NCBI GenBank assembly: GCA_044866005.1
Contig: JBIOTN010000128.1
Location: 1-24,147 of the forward strand
Length of the DNA: 24,147 nt
Origin: Candidatus Rokuibacteriota bacterium
GTDB lineage: Bacteria; Methylomirabilota; Methylomirabilia; Rokubacteriales; DASRDR01
Direction of reading: 5' to 3'
The translations under genes and the position numbers were made by a program. Below, in pieces: positions 1 to 8,378 of the stretch (within the stretch, counting starts at the first letter, position 1; each line of letters opens with the position of its first letter). The notes beneath the pieces are model-generated. The model had not been told where the DNA came from. It saw only the letters and a program-made list of their open reading frames with translations, and searched no databases.

Positions 1-52
1 AAGACCCCCCCGAGGCCCCCCTGCCGGTTGCGGCGGCGGAAGCCGCCGCTCG
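1..52. repeat. Partial palindromic intergenic repeat, same family as 24092-24147
   Basis: AAGACCCCCCCGAGGCCCCC...GCGGCGGCGG resembles AAGACCCCCCGAAGGCCCCC...GGCGGCGGCGG at the other window end. It includes the hairpin GCGGCGGC-GGAA-GCCGCCGC (30-49). Confidence 0.7.
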
Positions 53-154
53 AAGTGGCCCCCTTGACGTTTCGGTGGTGCGGATATGCGGTGAGTGGCT
101 TTCGCCGACGGGCTCCGGACGTTGCCGGGGCCAGTCTCCGACGGGTAGGTCGCC

Positions 155-183
155 TTGACACCCCGAACGGGGGATAGTAGGGT
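155..183 (+). promoter_or_regulatory. Sigma70-type promoter for the liv operon
   Basis: Perfect TTGACA (155-160), 17-nt spacer, TAGGGT (178-183). The spacer contains the inverted repeat CCCCG-AA-CGGGG. Confidence 0.6.
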
Positions 184-334
184 ACCAGGCACTCGGTTTT
201 CCGCGTCTTCCCTGCATTCCGACGCCCTGAACGCGGTCCAGCGCGGGGAGGCGATTCTGGCCCAGAGGTGCCCGGGCCCGTAGCGACCCGGGTCGGGGGA
301 GTCCATCCTGAACGGACGGAGGAGGAGACCAACC

Positions 335-1603
335 ATGCGAGGCTGGAAGTGGCTCGGGATCGGCTGCCTGGCGCTGCTCGTGGTGGCGCTCGCCGGCCCC
401 TCGGACGCGCAGCAGTGTCCGAAGGGGAAGCTCCGGATCTACACGTCCTGGCCGATGCAGGGCGCGATGATCCCGGAGGGCACGGGCATGAAGAACGGTG
501 TCGACATGGCGGTGGCCGAGGTTGGCGGAGTGGTCGCCGGCTACTGCCTCGAGGTGATCAACCTCGACGACGCCTCGCCCCAGACGGGCAAGTGGGACGG
601 CGCGGTGGAGGCGGAAAACGCGAACAAGGCGGTGGCCGATCCTCTCGCCATCGTCTACATCGGCACCTACAATTCGGGCGCGGCGAAGGTGTCGATCCCC
701 ATCAACAACCGGGCCCACATGGCCCAGATCACCCCGGCGAACACGTACCCCGGCCTGACGAAGAAACGCGGCGCCGCGCCGGGTGAGCCGGAGATCTACC
801 GCCCGATGGGGTTCGTCAACTACTTCCGCGTGGTGCCGGCCGACGACATCCAGGGCGCCGTCGGCGCCAAGTGGGCGAAGCAGCGCGGGCACAAGAAGGT
901 CTACATCCTGAACGACCAGGAGCTCTACGGGAAGGGCATCGCCGACATCTTCGAGGCGGCGGCCAAGAAGCTCGGGCTCCAGGTGGCCGCGAACGAGGGG
1001 ATCGACTGGAAGCAGTCCGACCAGAAGCCCGTCCTCACCAAGATCCGGGCGTCCGGGGCGGACCTCGTGTACCAGGCGGCGGTCATCGAGACGGGCGCGC
1101 AGCTCGTCATCCGCCAGATGAAGGACCTCGGTCTGGTCTCCGCGCGAGGCGTGAAGTACATGGGGCCGGACGGCCTCTACGAGGACGAGCTCCTGAAGGC
1201 GGCCACGTGCGACGCGGTGATGGCGGTCGACTTCCGCATGACCTTCGCCAGCCTGCCCTTCGAGAAGATGAAGGGAATTGGCGAGAAGACGTACACGACG
1301 TACAAGCAGAAGTTCGGCAAGGAGCCGACGGGCTACGCGCTGTACTCGGCCGAGGCGGGGCGGGTGGCCATCGACGGCATCCGGCGTGCTGCCCCGCAAC
1401 TCGAGAAGGCCAAGGACATCACCGCGAAGCGCGAGGCCGTCCGCCAGGCCATCGCGAACACCAAGAACTTCGACGGGCTCAACGGCAAGTGGAGCTTCGA
1501 CGAAAACGGGGACAGCACCATCGAGACCATGTCCGGGTTCAAGGTGGTGAAGGCGGACAACCCCATCGGCTGCAAGTTCGAGTTCGAGACTCTCCTCGAA
1601 TAG
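335..1603 (+). CDS. Branched-chain amino acid ABC transporter substrate-binding protein (LivJ/LivK family)
   Basis: GGAGGAG RBS, signal peptide ending ..AGPSDA, motifs YIGTYNSG, YFRVVPADDIQG, YGKGIAD and FDGLNGKWSFDENGD. First gene of a liv cluster. Confidence 0.93.
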   Translation: MRGWKWLGIGCLALLVVALAGPSDAQQCPKGKLRIYTSWPMQGAMIPEGTGMKNGVDMAVAEVGGVVAGYCLEVINLDDASPQTGKWDGAVEAENANKAVADPLAIVYIGTYNSGAAKVSIPINNRAHMAQITPANTYPGLTKKRGAAPGEPEIYRPMGFVNYFRVVPADDIQGAVGAKWAKQRGHKKVYILNDQELYGKGIADIFEAAAKKLGLQVAANEGIDWKQSDQKPVLTKIRASGADLVYQAAVIETGAQLVIRQMKDLGLVSARGVKYMGPDGLYEDELLKAATCDAVMAVDFRMTFASLPFEKMKGIGEKTYTTYKQKFGKEPTGYALYSAEAGRVAIDGIRRAAPQLEKAKDITAKREAVRQAIANTKNFDGLNGKWSFDENGDSTIETMSGFKVVKADNPIGCKFEFETLLE

Positions 1604-1614
1604 TTTGAATCGCG

Positions 1615-1642
1615 CGGGAGGGCCGGGCTCCCGGCCCTCCCG
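1615..1642 (+). promoter_or_regulatory. Strong GC hairpin after the binding-protein gene (probable mRNA-stabilising or partial-termination element)
   Basis: 12-bp perfect stem CGGGAGGGCCGG/CCGGCCCTCCCG with a 4-nt loop and no U-tract. Confidence 0.55.
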
Positions 1643-1781
1643 TCCCCGCCGCGCCAACACGGGTACCGCCGCCATTACGCACACGCCGGGACGCGCGCCC
1701 CTTGCCCAAGCGCTCCGCGCCGGCCATGCCGGCGCGGTCGTTCGGGATCGAAGGGGGACAGCGCCTCTCTCCGAAGCGTAG

Positions 1782-2720
1782 ATGGAGTGGTACGAGGTCC
1801 TCGCCCAGCAGACCATCAACGGCCTGACCCGCGGCGCCGTCTTCGCCCTCGTGGCCCTGGGCTACACCATGGTGTACGGCATCATCGAGCTGATCAACTT
1901 CGCCCACGGCGACGTGTTCATGCTGGGCCTGTTCATCTCGCTCACGTACTTCAGTCTCATCGGCATGGCGAAGACCCTCTACGGCTGGCAGCTCGTGACG
2001 ATCCTCCCGCTGGTGTTTCTCGCCACCATGCTGACCACGGCCCTCATCAACGTCACCATCGACCGCCTGGCCTACCGCCCGCTCCGCCACGCCGGGCGGC
2101 TCTCGCCGCTCATCACCGCGATCGGCGTCTCCTTCATGCTGGAGAACATCGCGCTCCTGTGGGTCGGCCCCGCGCCGGTCTCGTACCCGGAGATCTTCCC
2201 CTCCGTAGACGTCCTCTACGAGTGGCTCGGCTGGAACTCGAAGATCTTCGTCACCACGAAGGATCTCCTGGTGATCGGCGTGACGATCCCCCTCATGGTG
2301 GGGCTGCAGCGCTTCGTCAGCGGGACGACCTGGGGGAAGGCGATGCGCGCGACCGCGCAGGACCGGGAGACCGCCCAGGCGATGGGGATCAACGTGGAGA
2401 AGACGATCATCCTGACCTTCTTCATCGGCGGAGCGCTCGCCGGCGCCGCCGGCGTCATCCAGGGGATGTACTACAACATGGGCCAGTGGTGGGTGGGCTA
2501 TCAGGCCGGCCTCCGCGCCTTCACGGCAGCGGTCCTGGGAGGCATCGGGAACATGCCCGGGGCCGCGCTCGGCGGCCTGGTGATCGGCTTCCTGTCGGCC
2601 TGGAGCGACCAGTACATCTCCGCGCGCTGGACGAACGCGGTGGTCTTCTCGATCCTCATCCTGGTGCTCGTCTTCCGGCCGCACGGGTTGCTGGGCGAGC
2701 GGACGCCGGAGAAGCTCTGA
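1782..2720 (+). CDS. livH: Branched-chain amino acid ABC transporter permease LivH
   Basis: NGLTRGAVFALVALGYTMVYGIIELINFAHGD, GKAMRATAQDRETAQAMGIN and AFTAAVLGGIG motifs. Hydrophobic. Confidence 0.93.
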   Translation: MEWYEVLAQQTINGLTRGAVFALVALGYTMVYGIIELINFAHGDVFMLGLFISLTYFSLIGMAKTLYGWQLVTILPLVFLATMLTTALINVTIDRLAYRPLRHAGRLSPLITAIGVSFMLENIALLWVGPAPVSYPEIFPSVDVLYEWLGWNSKIFVTTKDLLVIGVTIPLMVGLQRFVSGTTWGKAMRATAQDRETAQAMGINVEKTIILTFFIGGALAGAAGVIQGMYYNMGQWWVGYQAGLRAFTAAVLGGIGNMPGAALGGLVIGFLSAWSDQYISARWTNAVVFSILILVLVFRPHGLLGERTPEKL

Positions 2721-2748
2721 GCTTGACCCGGCCGCGACCCTGCCGACC

Positions 2749-4725
2749 ATGAAGGCGCGTGACCGGACCTACCTCTCCGCGACTCTGCTGGCGACCGCCC
2801 TCGTCGCCTATCCGTTCGTGGACCGTGCCCTCCGCGCCAACACGATTCACGCCGTCTCGGACGGGATGATCTACGTGCTGCTGGCCCTCGGCCTGAACAT
2901 CGTCGTCGGCTACGCGGGACTCCTGGATCTGGGCTACGCGGCGTTCTTCGCGATCGGCGCCTATGCCATGGGGCTCCTGAACTCGCCCCTGCTCGGCTCG
3001 CCGCTCCACGGGCACGGCTGGAGCTTCTGGGTCATCATCTGGCTCGCCGCCGGCGTGTCGGCGGTCTTCGGGATCGTCATCGGCGCCCCGACCATCCGTG
3101 TACGGGGCGACTACCTGGCGATCATCACGCTGGCCTTCGGCGAAATCATCCCGGTGGCGATCCGGAACATGGGGGACGTCACCATCGAGCTCGGCGCCTG
3201 GCGGCCGATCGTGAAGCTCAACCTCACGGGCGGCGAGAACGGCGTGAACCCCGTCGCCCGGCCCTATCTCCCCGGCGTGCCCTTCGAGACGGACCCCATC
3301 CCCTGGTACTTCCTCATTCTGATCATCGGCGCGGCGTCACTGTGGGCCATGAACCGGATGCGGGACTCGCGGCTCGGCCGCGCCTGGATGGCGATCCGCG
3401 AGGACGAGACGGCGGCCGACTGCATGGGGGTGAATCCGGTCAAGACGAAGCTCCTGGCCTTCGCCCTCGGCGCCTCGTTCTCGGGGTTTTCCGGCTCCTT
3501 CTACGCCGCGAAGCTCCAGGCGATCACCCCGGGCGCCTTCGAGTTCAACGTCTCCATCATGCTCCTCTGCATGGTCGTCCTGGGCGGCATGGGCAGCCTC
3601 AAGGGCGTGATCCTGGGCGGGATGCTGATCACGCTGTTCGACCGGATCCTCCTCGCCGAGCTGACCTACCTGGTCCGCTGGATCGGCCGGTCCGTGGGCA
3701 TTCCTCCGCTGACCACGGTGGACCTGACGCTGTGGCGCTGGTTCTTCTTCGGTCTGGGGCTCGTGGCGGTCATGCTCTTCAAACCCGAGGGGCTGGCGGG
3801 CCGGCGGAGGCGCCCGCCCGCGGTGGAGGTGGACGAGCAAGAGGAGGCGATGGCCCTCGTCGCCGCCGCCCCACCGCCGCGGGCCGACACGATTCCGGGC
3901 TGGCTCCGCGAGCGCTCGCACGGCACGGCCGGCGGGGGGGTGATCCTCGAAGCGCGGGGGCTCACCAAGACCTTCGGCGGGCTCATCGCGGTGAACCAGG
4001 TCGATCTCGCCATTCCCCACGGCGCCATCGTCGGACTGATCGGGCCCAACGGCGCCGGCAAGACCACGGTGTTCAACGTGATCACGGGGCTCCTCCGGCC
4101 GGACAGGGGCGACATCCTCCTGGAGGGCCGGAGCATCGTGGGGCTGCGCCCCAATGCCATCGTCGGGCGCGGGATCGCCCGGACCTTCCAGTCCATCCGG
4201 CTCTTCCAGAACATGACCGTGCTCGACAACATCCTGGTCGGCGAGCACTGCCGCCTCCACGCTTCGGTGGCCGGGGCGGTGTTCCGGCCGCCGTCGGTCG
4301 CGGCGGAGGAGGCCCGGGCCCGCGCGCGCGCCCGCGAGCTGCTCGGGTTCGTGGGACTCGGGGGCAAGGAAGACGAGCTGGCCAAGAACCTCGCCTACGG
4401 GGACCAGCGCCGGCTGGAGATCGCCCGGGCCCTCGCCACCGAGCCGAAGCTCCTCCTGCTCGACGAGCCGACGGCCGGGATGAACCCCCGCGAGACGGAG
4501 ACCCTGACGGAGTTCATCGGCCTCCTCCGGCGCGAGCTCGGCCTCTCGGTGCTCCTGATCGAGCACCACATGGAGGTCGTCATGGGAATCTCCGACCGCA
4601 TCACGGTGCTGGACTACGGAACCCGCATCGCGGAGGGCACCTCCGTCGAGGTGCAGAAGGATCCCAAGGTCATCGAAGCCTATCTGGGTAAGGGCTACGA
4701 GCAGGAGCTCGTCCCGGCCCCATGA
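2749..4725 (+). CDS. Fused LivM permease + LivG ATP-binding protein
   Basis: The N-part has LGLNIVVGYAGLLDLGYAAFFAIGAY, RGDYLAIITLAFGE and GRAWMAIREDE. The C-part has Walker A GPNGAGKTT, LAYGDQRRLEIARALA, LLLLDEPTAG, IEHHM and PKVIEAYLG. Confidence 0.93.
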   Translation: MKARDRTYLSATLLATALVAYPFVDRALRANTIHAVSDGMIYVLLALGLNIVVGYAGLLDLGYAAFFAIGAYAMGLLNSPLLGSPLHGHGWSFWVIIWLAAGVSAVFGIVIGAPTIRVRGDYLAIITLAFGEIIPVAIRNMGDVTIELGAWRPIVKLNLTGGENGVNPVARPYLPGVPFETDPIPWYFLILIIGAASLWAMNRMRDSRLGRAWMAIREDETAADCMGVNPVKTKLLAFALGASFSGFSGSFYAAKLQAITPGAFEFNVSIMLLCMVVLGGMGSLKGVILGGMLITLFDRILLAELTYLVRWIGRSVGIPPLTTVDLTLWRWFFFGLGLVAVMLFKPEGLAGRRRRPPAVEVDEQEEAMALVAAAPPPRADTIPGWLRERSHGTAGGGVILEARGLTKTFGGLIAVNQVDLAIPHGAIVGLIGPNGAGKTTVFNVITGLLRPDRGDILLEGRSIVGLRPNAIVGRGIARTFQSIRLFQNMTVLDNILVGEHCRLHASVAGAVFRPPSVAAEEARARARARELLGFVGLGGKEDELAKNLAYGDQRRLEIARALATEPKLLLLDEPTAGMNPRETETLTEFIGLLRRELGLSVLLIEHHMEVVMGISDRITVLDYGTRIAEGTSVEVQKDPKVIEAYLGKGYEQELVPAP

Positions 4726-4919
4726 CCTTCGCATCTCGGCGTTTCTTCAGAGGGGGGCTCTGCCCCCCTCCGACGGCCCTCGCGGCATGGGCCGCGGCCG
4801 TTCTGATTGATTTGCGGCCGGGACTCCGTCCCGGCCGTGGCGGCGAACGGATCGGGCCTGCCTCCCCCCGGCACGACGCCCGGCCTGGGACGCGAGCGTC
4901 CGTGGTCCCGGCCCGATGA
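4711..4919. mobile_element. Composite palindromic repeat insertion (MITE/REP-like) between livMG and livF
   Basis: Contains a 109-bp module (4761-4869) present inverted at 11783-11891 with 1 mismatch. TCGCATCTCGGCGTT (4729-4743) is identical to 11622-11636. Flanked by the direct repeat GTCCCGGCCC(C/G)ATGA at 4711-4725 and 4905-4919. Confidence 0.7.
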
Positions 4920-5641
4920 GCGCCACGGCCGCGATGCTGGAAGTCGAGGACGTCCACACCTACTACGGCAACATCCGGGCGCTCAAGGGCGTCTCGCTGA
5001 CCGTCAACCGCGGCGAGATCGTCACCCTGATCGGCTCCAACGGCGCCGGGAAGACCACGACGCTGAAGACCGTCATCGGGACCGTCCGCCCGCTCCGTGG
5101 CCGCGTCACGTTCAACGGCCAGCGCATCGACGGCATCTCGACCGACCGGATCGTCCGGCTGGGGATCGCCCAGGCGCCGGAGGGCCGCCGGATCTTTCCC
5201 CGGATGACCGTGATGGAGAACCTCGAGCTCGGCGCCTTCGCGCGGACCGACCGCGAAAACGTCCCCCAGGACCTCGAGCGCGTCTTCGCCCTGTTCCCCC
5301 GACTCAAGGAGCGCCTCACGCAGAAAGGGGGCACGCTCTCGGGCGGTGAGCAGCAGATGCTCGCCATCGGGCGCGCCCTCATGGCGCGGCCGACGGTCCT
5401 GCTGCTCGACGAGCCCTCGATGGGGCTGTCGCCGATCCTCGTCGAGACGATCTTCCAGATCATCCAGGACATCAACCGTCAGGGCACCACCATCCTGCTC
5501 GTCGAGCAGAACGCCCGGATGGCGCTCCGGGTCGCTCACCGCGGGTACGTGATCCAGACCGGACGGATCGCGCTCAAGGACACGGGGGCCAGCCTCCTGA
5601 AATCCGACCTCGTGCGGAAGACCTACCTCGGGGAGAAGTAG
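4916..5641 (+). CDS. livF: Branched-chain amino acid ABC transporter ATP-binding protein LivF
   Basis: GSNGAGKTT, PEGRRIFPRMTVMENL, LSGGEQQMLAIGRALM, LLLDEPSMGL, LLVEQNA. Confidence 0.95.
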   Translation: MSATAAMLEVEDVHTYYGNIRALKGVSLTVNRGEIVTLIGSNGAGKTTTLKTVIGTVRPLRGRVTFNGQRIDGISTDRIVRLGIAQAPEGRRIFPRMTVMENLELGAFARTDRENVPQDLERVFALFPRLKERLTQKGGTLSGGEQQMLAIGRALMARPTVLLLDEPSMGLSPILVETIFQIIQDINRQGTTILLVEQNARMALRVAHRGYVIQTGRIALKDTGASLLKSDLVRKTYLGEK

Positions 5642-5650
5642 GCCGCAGGC

Positions 5651-6106
5651 GTGGCGCGCGAGGCGATCCATTTCGAGGGCTTCCGGATCGGGGACCGCTT
5701 CACGACCCTGGGCCGGACGGTCTCCGAGTTCGAGATCCTGGGCTTCGTCACGCTCACCGGGTTCACCGAGCCCCTGTTCATGGACCTCGAGTACATCGAA
5801 CGCGAGAGCGTCTTCAAGACGCGCGTGGCGCCCGGTGTCCTGACCTTCGCCCTGGCCGAGGGCCTGACGCTCCAGACGGGGATCCTGCACGGGACGGGGC
5901 TGGCGCTCATGAGCTACGACGTGCGGGTGCTGGCGCCGGTCCTCGCCGGGGACACGGTCCGCGTGGAGATCGAGGTGACCGACAAGCGCGAGACGAAGAA
6001 GGCGGATCGCGGCGTCGTCACGTTCCGACACCGCGTCCTCAACCAGCGCGGCGAGCCGGTCATGGAGGCGACGATCCTCCGGATGGTCAAGCGCCGTCCG
6101 GCGTGA
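5651..6106 (+). CDS. MaoC-like hotdog-fold (dehydratase-like) protein
   Basis: FRIGDRFTTLGRTVSE, RVAPG, PVLAGDTVRVEIEV and RGVVTFRHRVLNQRGEPV are typical of the MaoC/NodN family. GTG start. Confidence 0.85.
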   Translation: MAREAIHFEGFRIGDRFTTLGRTVSEFEILGFVTLTGFTEPLFMDLEYIERESVFKTRVAPGVLTFALAEGLTLQTGILHGTGLALMSYDVRVLAPVLAGDTVRVEIEVTDKRETKKADRGVVTFRHRVLNQRGEPVMEATILRMVKRRPA

Positions 6107-6209
6107 GCCGCGGAGGTGGTGGGGACGGCCCGGGGCCGAGGTTCGCACGAGGGCGATGGCCGGCCCGGGCCGGGGCCCGAACCCCGGCTCGACCCGCGGT
6201 AGGACGCCC

Positions 6210-7196
6210 ATGCTCGTCCTGACGCGTGGCGACCTCGAAGCCCTCCTCGAAGTCGGGGCGGTCATCGCCGCGGTGGAGGAGGCCTTCCGCCAGCAGGCCC
6301 GCAAAGGGGTGCGGCTCCTCCCCCGACAGGCTCTCGGCCTGGAGGGCCGCGACGTCCTCCTCCTGATGCCCTGCGCGGTCCCCGCGGCCGGGGCCGTCGG
6401 GACCAAGACCGTGACCGTCTGCCACGGCAACTCCCGCCGCGGGCTGCCGACGGTCATGGCCTCGTATCTCCTCCACGATCCCGAGACCGGCGAGCCCCTC
6501 GCCTTCATGGAGGCGGGTTACCTCACCGCGCTCCGCACGGGCGCCGCCTCCGCGGTCGCCGCGAAGCGGCTCGCCCGCCCGGACAGCCGGGTCGTGGCCT
6601 GCTTCGGCGCGGGCGTCCAGGCGGCCTTCCAGCTCCGCTGCCTGCGCGCGGTGCTGCCGCTCGAGCGGGCCGAGGTGGTGAGCCGCAGCCACGAGACCGC
6701 CGCGGCCTTCGCCGGGCGTGTCAGCGCGGCGCTCGGTCTTCCCGCCGCGCCCGCCGCGTCGCCGCGCGCCGCGCTGGCGGGAGCGGACGTCGTCGTGACC
6801 GCGACGACGTCGTCCACGCCGCTCTTCGACGGCCGCGACATCATGCCCGGCACGCACGTCGACGCGGTGGGCGCGTTTCAGCCCACCACGCGCGAACTCG
6901 ACACGGAGACCATCCGGCGGGCGCGGGTCTTCGTGGACAGCTTCGAGGGCGCCTGGCACGAGGCCGGCGACGTCCTCATCCCGATCCAGGAAGGCGCGAT
7001 CACCCGCGCCCACGTCCTCGGCGAGCTCGCGGACCTCGTCGCGGGCGTCCGGCCGGGGCGGATGGCCGCGGACGAGATCACCTGCTTCAAGTCCGTCGGC
7101 TTCGCGCCGGAAGACGCGGTGACCGCACGGCTCGCCTACGACCAGGCGCGCGCCGCCGGCCGCGGTCTCAGCGTGGACCTGCGAGCTTCCCCGTGA
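6210..7196 (+). CDS. Ornithine cyclodeaminase / mu-crystallin family protein
   Basis: LTALRTGAASAVAAK, Rossmann FGAGVQA, GTHVDAVGAF, EAGD and FKSVG. Start set at ATG 6210 after AGGA (MLVLTRGDL); the ORF track start at 6156 is less likely. Confidence 0.9.
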   Translation: MLVLTRGDLEALLEVGAVIAAVEEAFRQQARKGVRLLPRQALGLEGRDVLLLMPCAVPAAGAVGTKTVTVCHGNSRRGLPTVMASYLLHDPETGEPLAFMEAGYLTALRTGAASAVAAKRLARPDSRVVACFGAGVQAAFQLRCLRAVLPLERAEVVSRSHETAAAFAGRVSAALGLPAAPAASPRAALAGADVVVTATTSSTPLFDGRDIMPGTHVDAVGAFQPTTRELDTETIRRARVFVDSFEGAWHEAGDVLIPIQEGAITRAHVLGELADLVAGVRPGRMAADEITCFKSVGFAPEDAVTARLAYDQARAAGRGLSVDLRASP

Positions 7197-8374
7197 CCCG
7201 GACGGCGGACGTCGTCGTGATCGGCGGCGGCGTGACCGGCTGCTCGATCGCCTTCCACCTCGCGGAGCGGGGCGTCCGCGACGTCGTCGTGCTGGAGCGG
7301 CGGTTCCTCGCCTCCGGCGGCACCGGGCGCTCGGTGGGCATCATGCGGCAGCTCTATCCGACGCCGGAGACCTCGCGAATGGTGCTCCACTCGCTCCGCG
7401 TCTTCCAGAACTTCCGGGAGCTCACGGGCGGGGAGGCGGGGTACGTCCAGTGCGGCGCGATCATCGCCGTGGCGCCGGCCCAGCGGGAGGCGCTGGCGAA
7501 GACCCTCGCGGCGCAGCGTGAGATCGGCATTCAGGCCCGGCTGCTGGCTCCCGAGGACATCCGCGAGCTCGACCCGCGAATCGATCCCTTCGCCGTCGGC
7601 GCGGCCGTCTACGAGCCCGAGTCCGGTTACGGCGACCCGACGGGCGTGACCGCGGGCTTCGCTGCCGGCGCGCGGCGCCTCGGAGTGAAGATCGAACAGA
7701 TGACCGAGGTCGTCGGGCTCGAGACGGCGGGGGACCGGGTCACCGGCGTCCGGACCGCGGCCGGCGACACCATTGCGACGCCCGTCGTGATCAACGCGGC
7801 CGGCCTCTGGTGCCGAGGGATCGCCGCGATGGCCGGTGTGACGCTGCCGATCGTCGTGGGGCGCCATCCGGTGTTCATCGTCCAGCGGACGGCGGCGTTC
7901 GGCCGGCCGCATCCCGTCTACCTGGACCTCGCCAGCGGCACCTTCCTGCGACCCGAGACAGGCGGGCTCACGCTCACCGGCTTCCTCGACGCGGACGAGC
8001 CGAGCCACCCGATGGACCCGGAGGCGCTCGGCGGCGACGTTCCCTTCGACGAGGTGGCCCGGATCATGGAGCGCGCGAGCCGCTGTCTCCCCGCGCTCGG
8101 CGACGCCCGCTACCAGCGGGGCTACGCCGGCGCGTTCGACATCTCGCCCGACTGGATGCCGATCCTCGACCAGACGCCGGTCCGCGGCTTCTACGTCGCG
8201 GTCGGCATGTCGGGTCACGGCTTCAAGCTCTCGCCCGCCGTGGGCCGACTGATGTCCGACCTCATCACCGAAGGCCGGGCGAGCCTCGTCGACCTCGCCG
8301 CATTCCGGCTCGACCGGTTCGGGACCCACGCTCACGAGGACGCCGGCGCCTTCTCCCACTCCTATCTCCGCTGA
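7193..8374 (+). CDS. FAD-dependent oxidoreductase, DAO family (sarcosine oxidase beta / proline dehydrogenase beta-like)
   Basis: DVVVIGGGVTG, SGGTGRSVG, VINAAGLW, SPDWMPIL and GMSGHGFKLSPAVG. GTGA overlap with the upstream stop. Confidence 0.9.
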   Translation: MTRTADVVVIGGGVTGCSIAFHLAERGVRDVVVLERRFLASGGTGRSVGIMRQLYPTPETSRMVLHSLRVFQNFRELTGGEAGYVQCGAIIAVAPAQREALAKTLAAQREIGIQARLLAPEDIRELDPRIDPFAVGAAVYEPESGYGDPTGVTAGFAAGARRLGVKIEQMTEVVGLETAGDRVTGVRTAAGDTIATPVVINAAGLWCRGIAAMAGVTLPIVVGRHPVFIVQRTAAFGRPHPVYLDLASGTFLRPETGGLTLTGFLDADEPSHPMDPEALGGDVPFDEVARIMERASRCLPALGDARYQRGYAGAFDISPDWMPILDQTPVRGFYVAVGMSGHGFKLSPAVGRLMSDLITEGRASLVDLAAFRLDRFGTHAHEDAGAFSHSYLR

Positions 8375-8378
8375 CGTC

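Noticed and set aside
6107..6209. GC hairpin (GCCGGGG..CCCCGGC) between the MaoC-like and OCD genes
   Set aside because: Short, no U-tract and no clear match to the repeat modules, so compatible with chance at this GC content.
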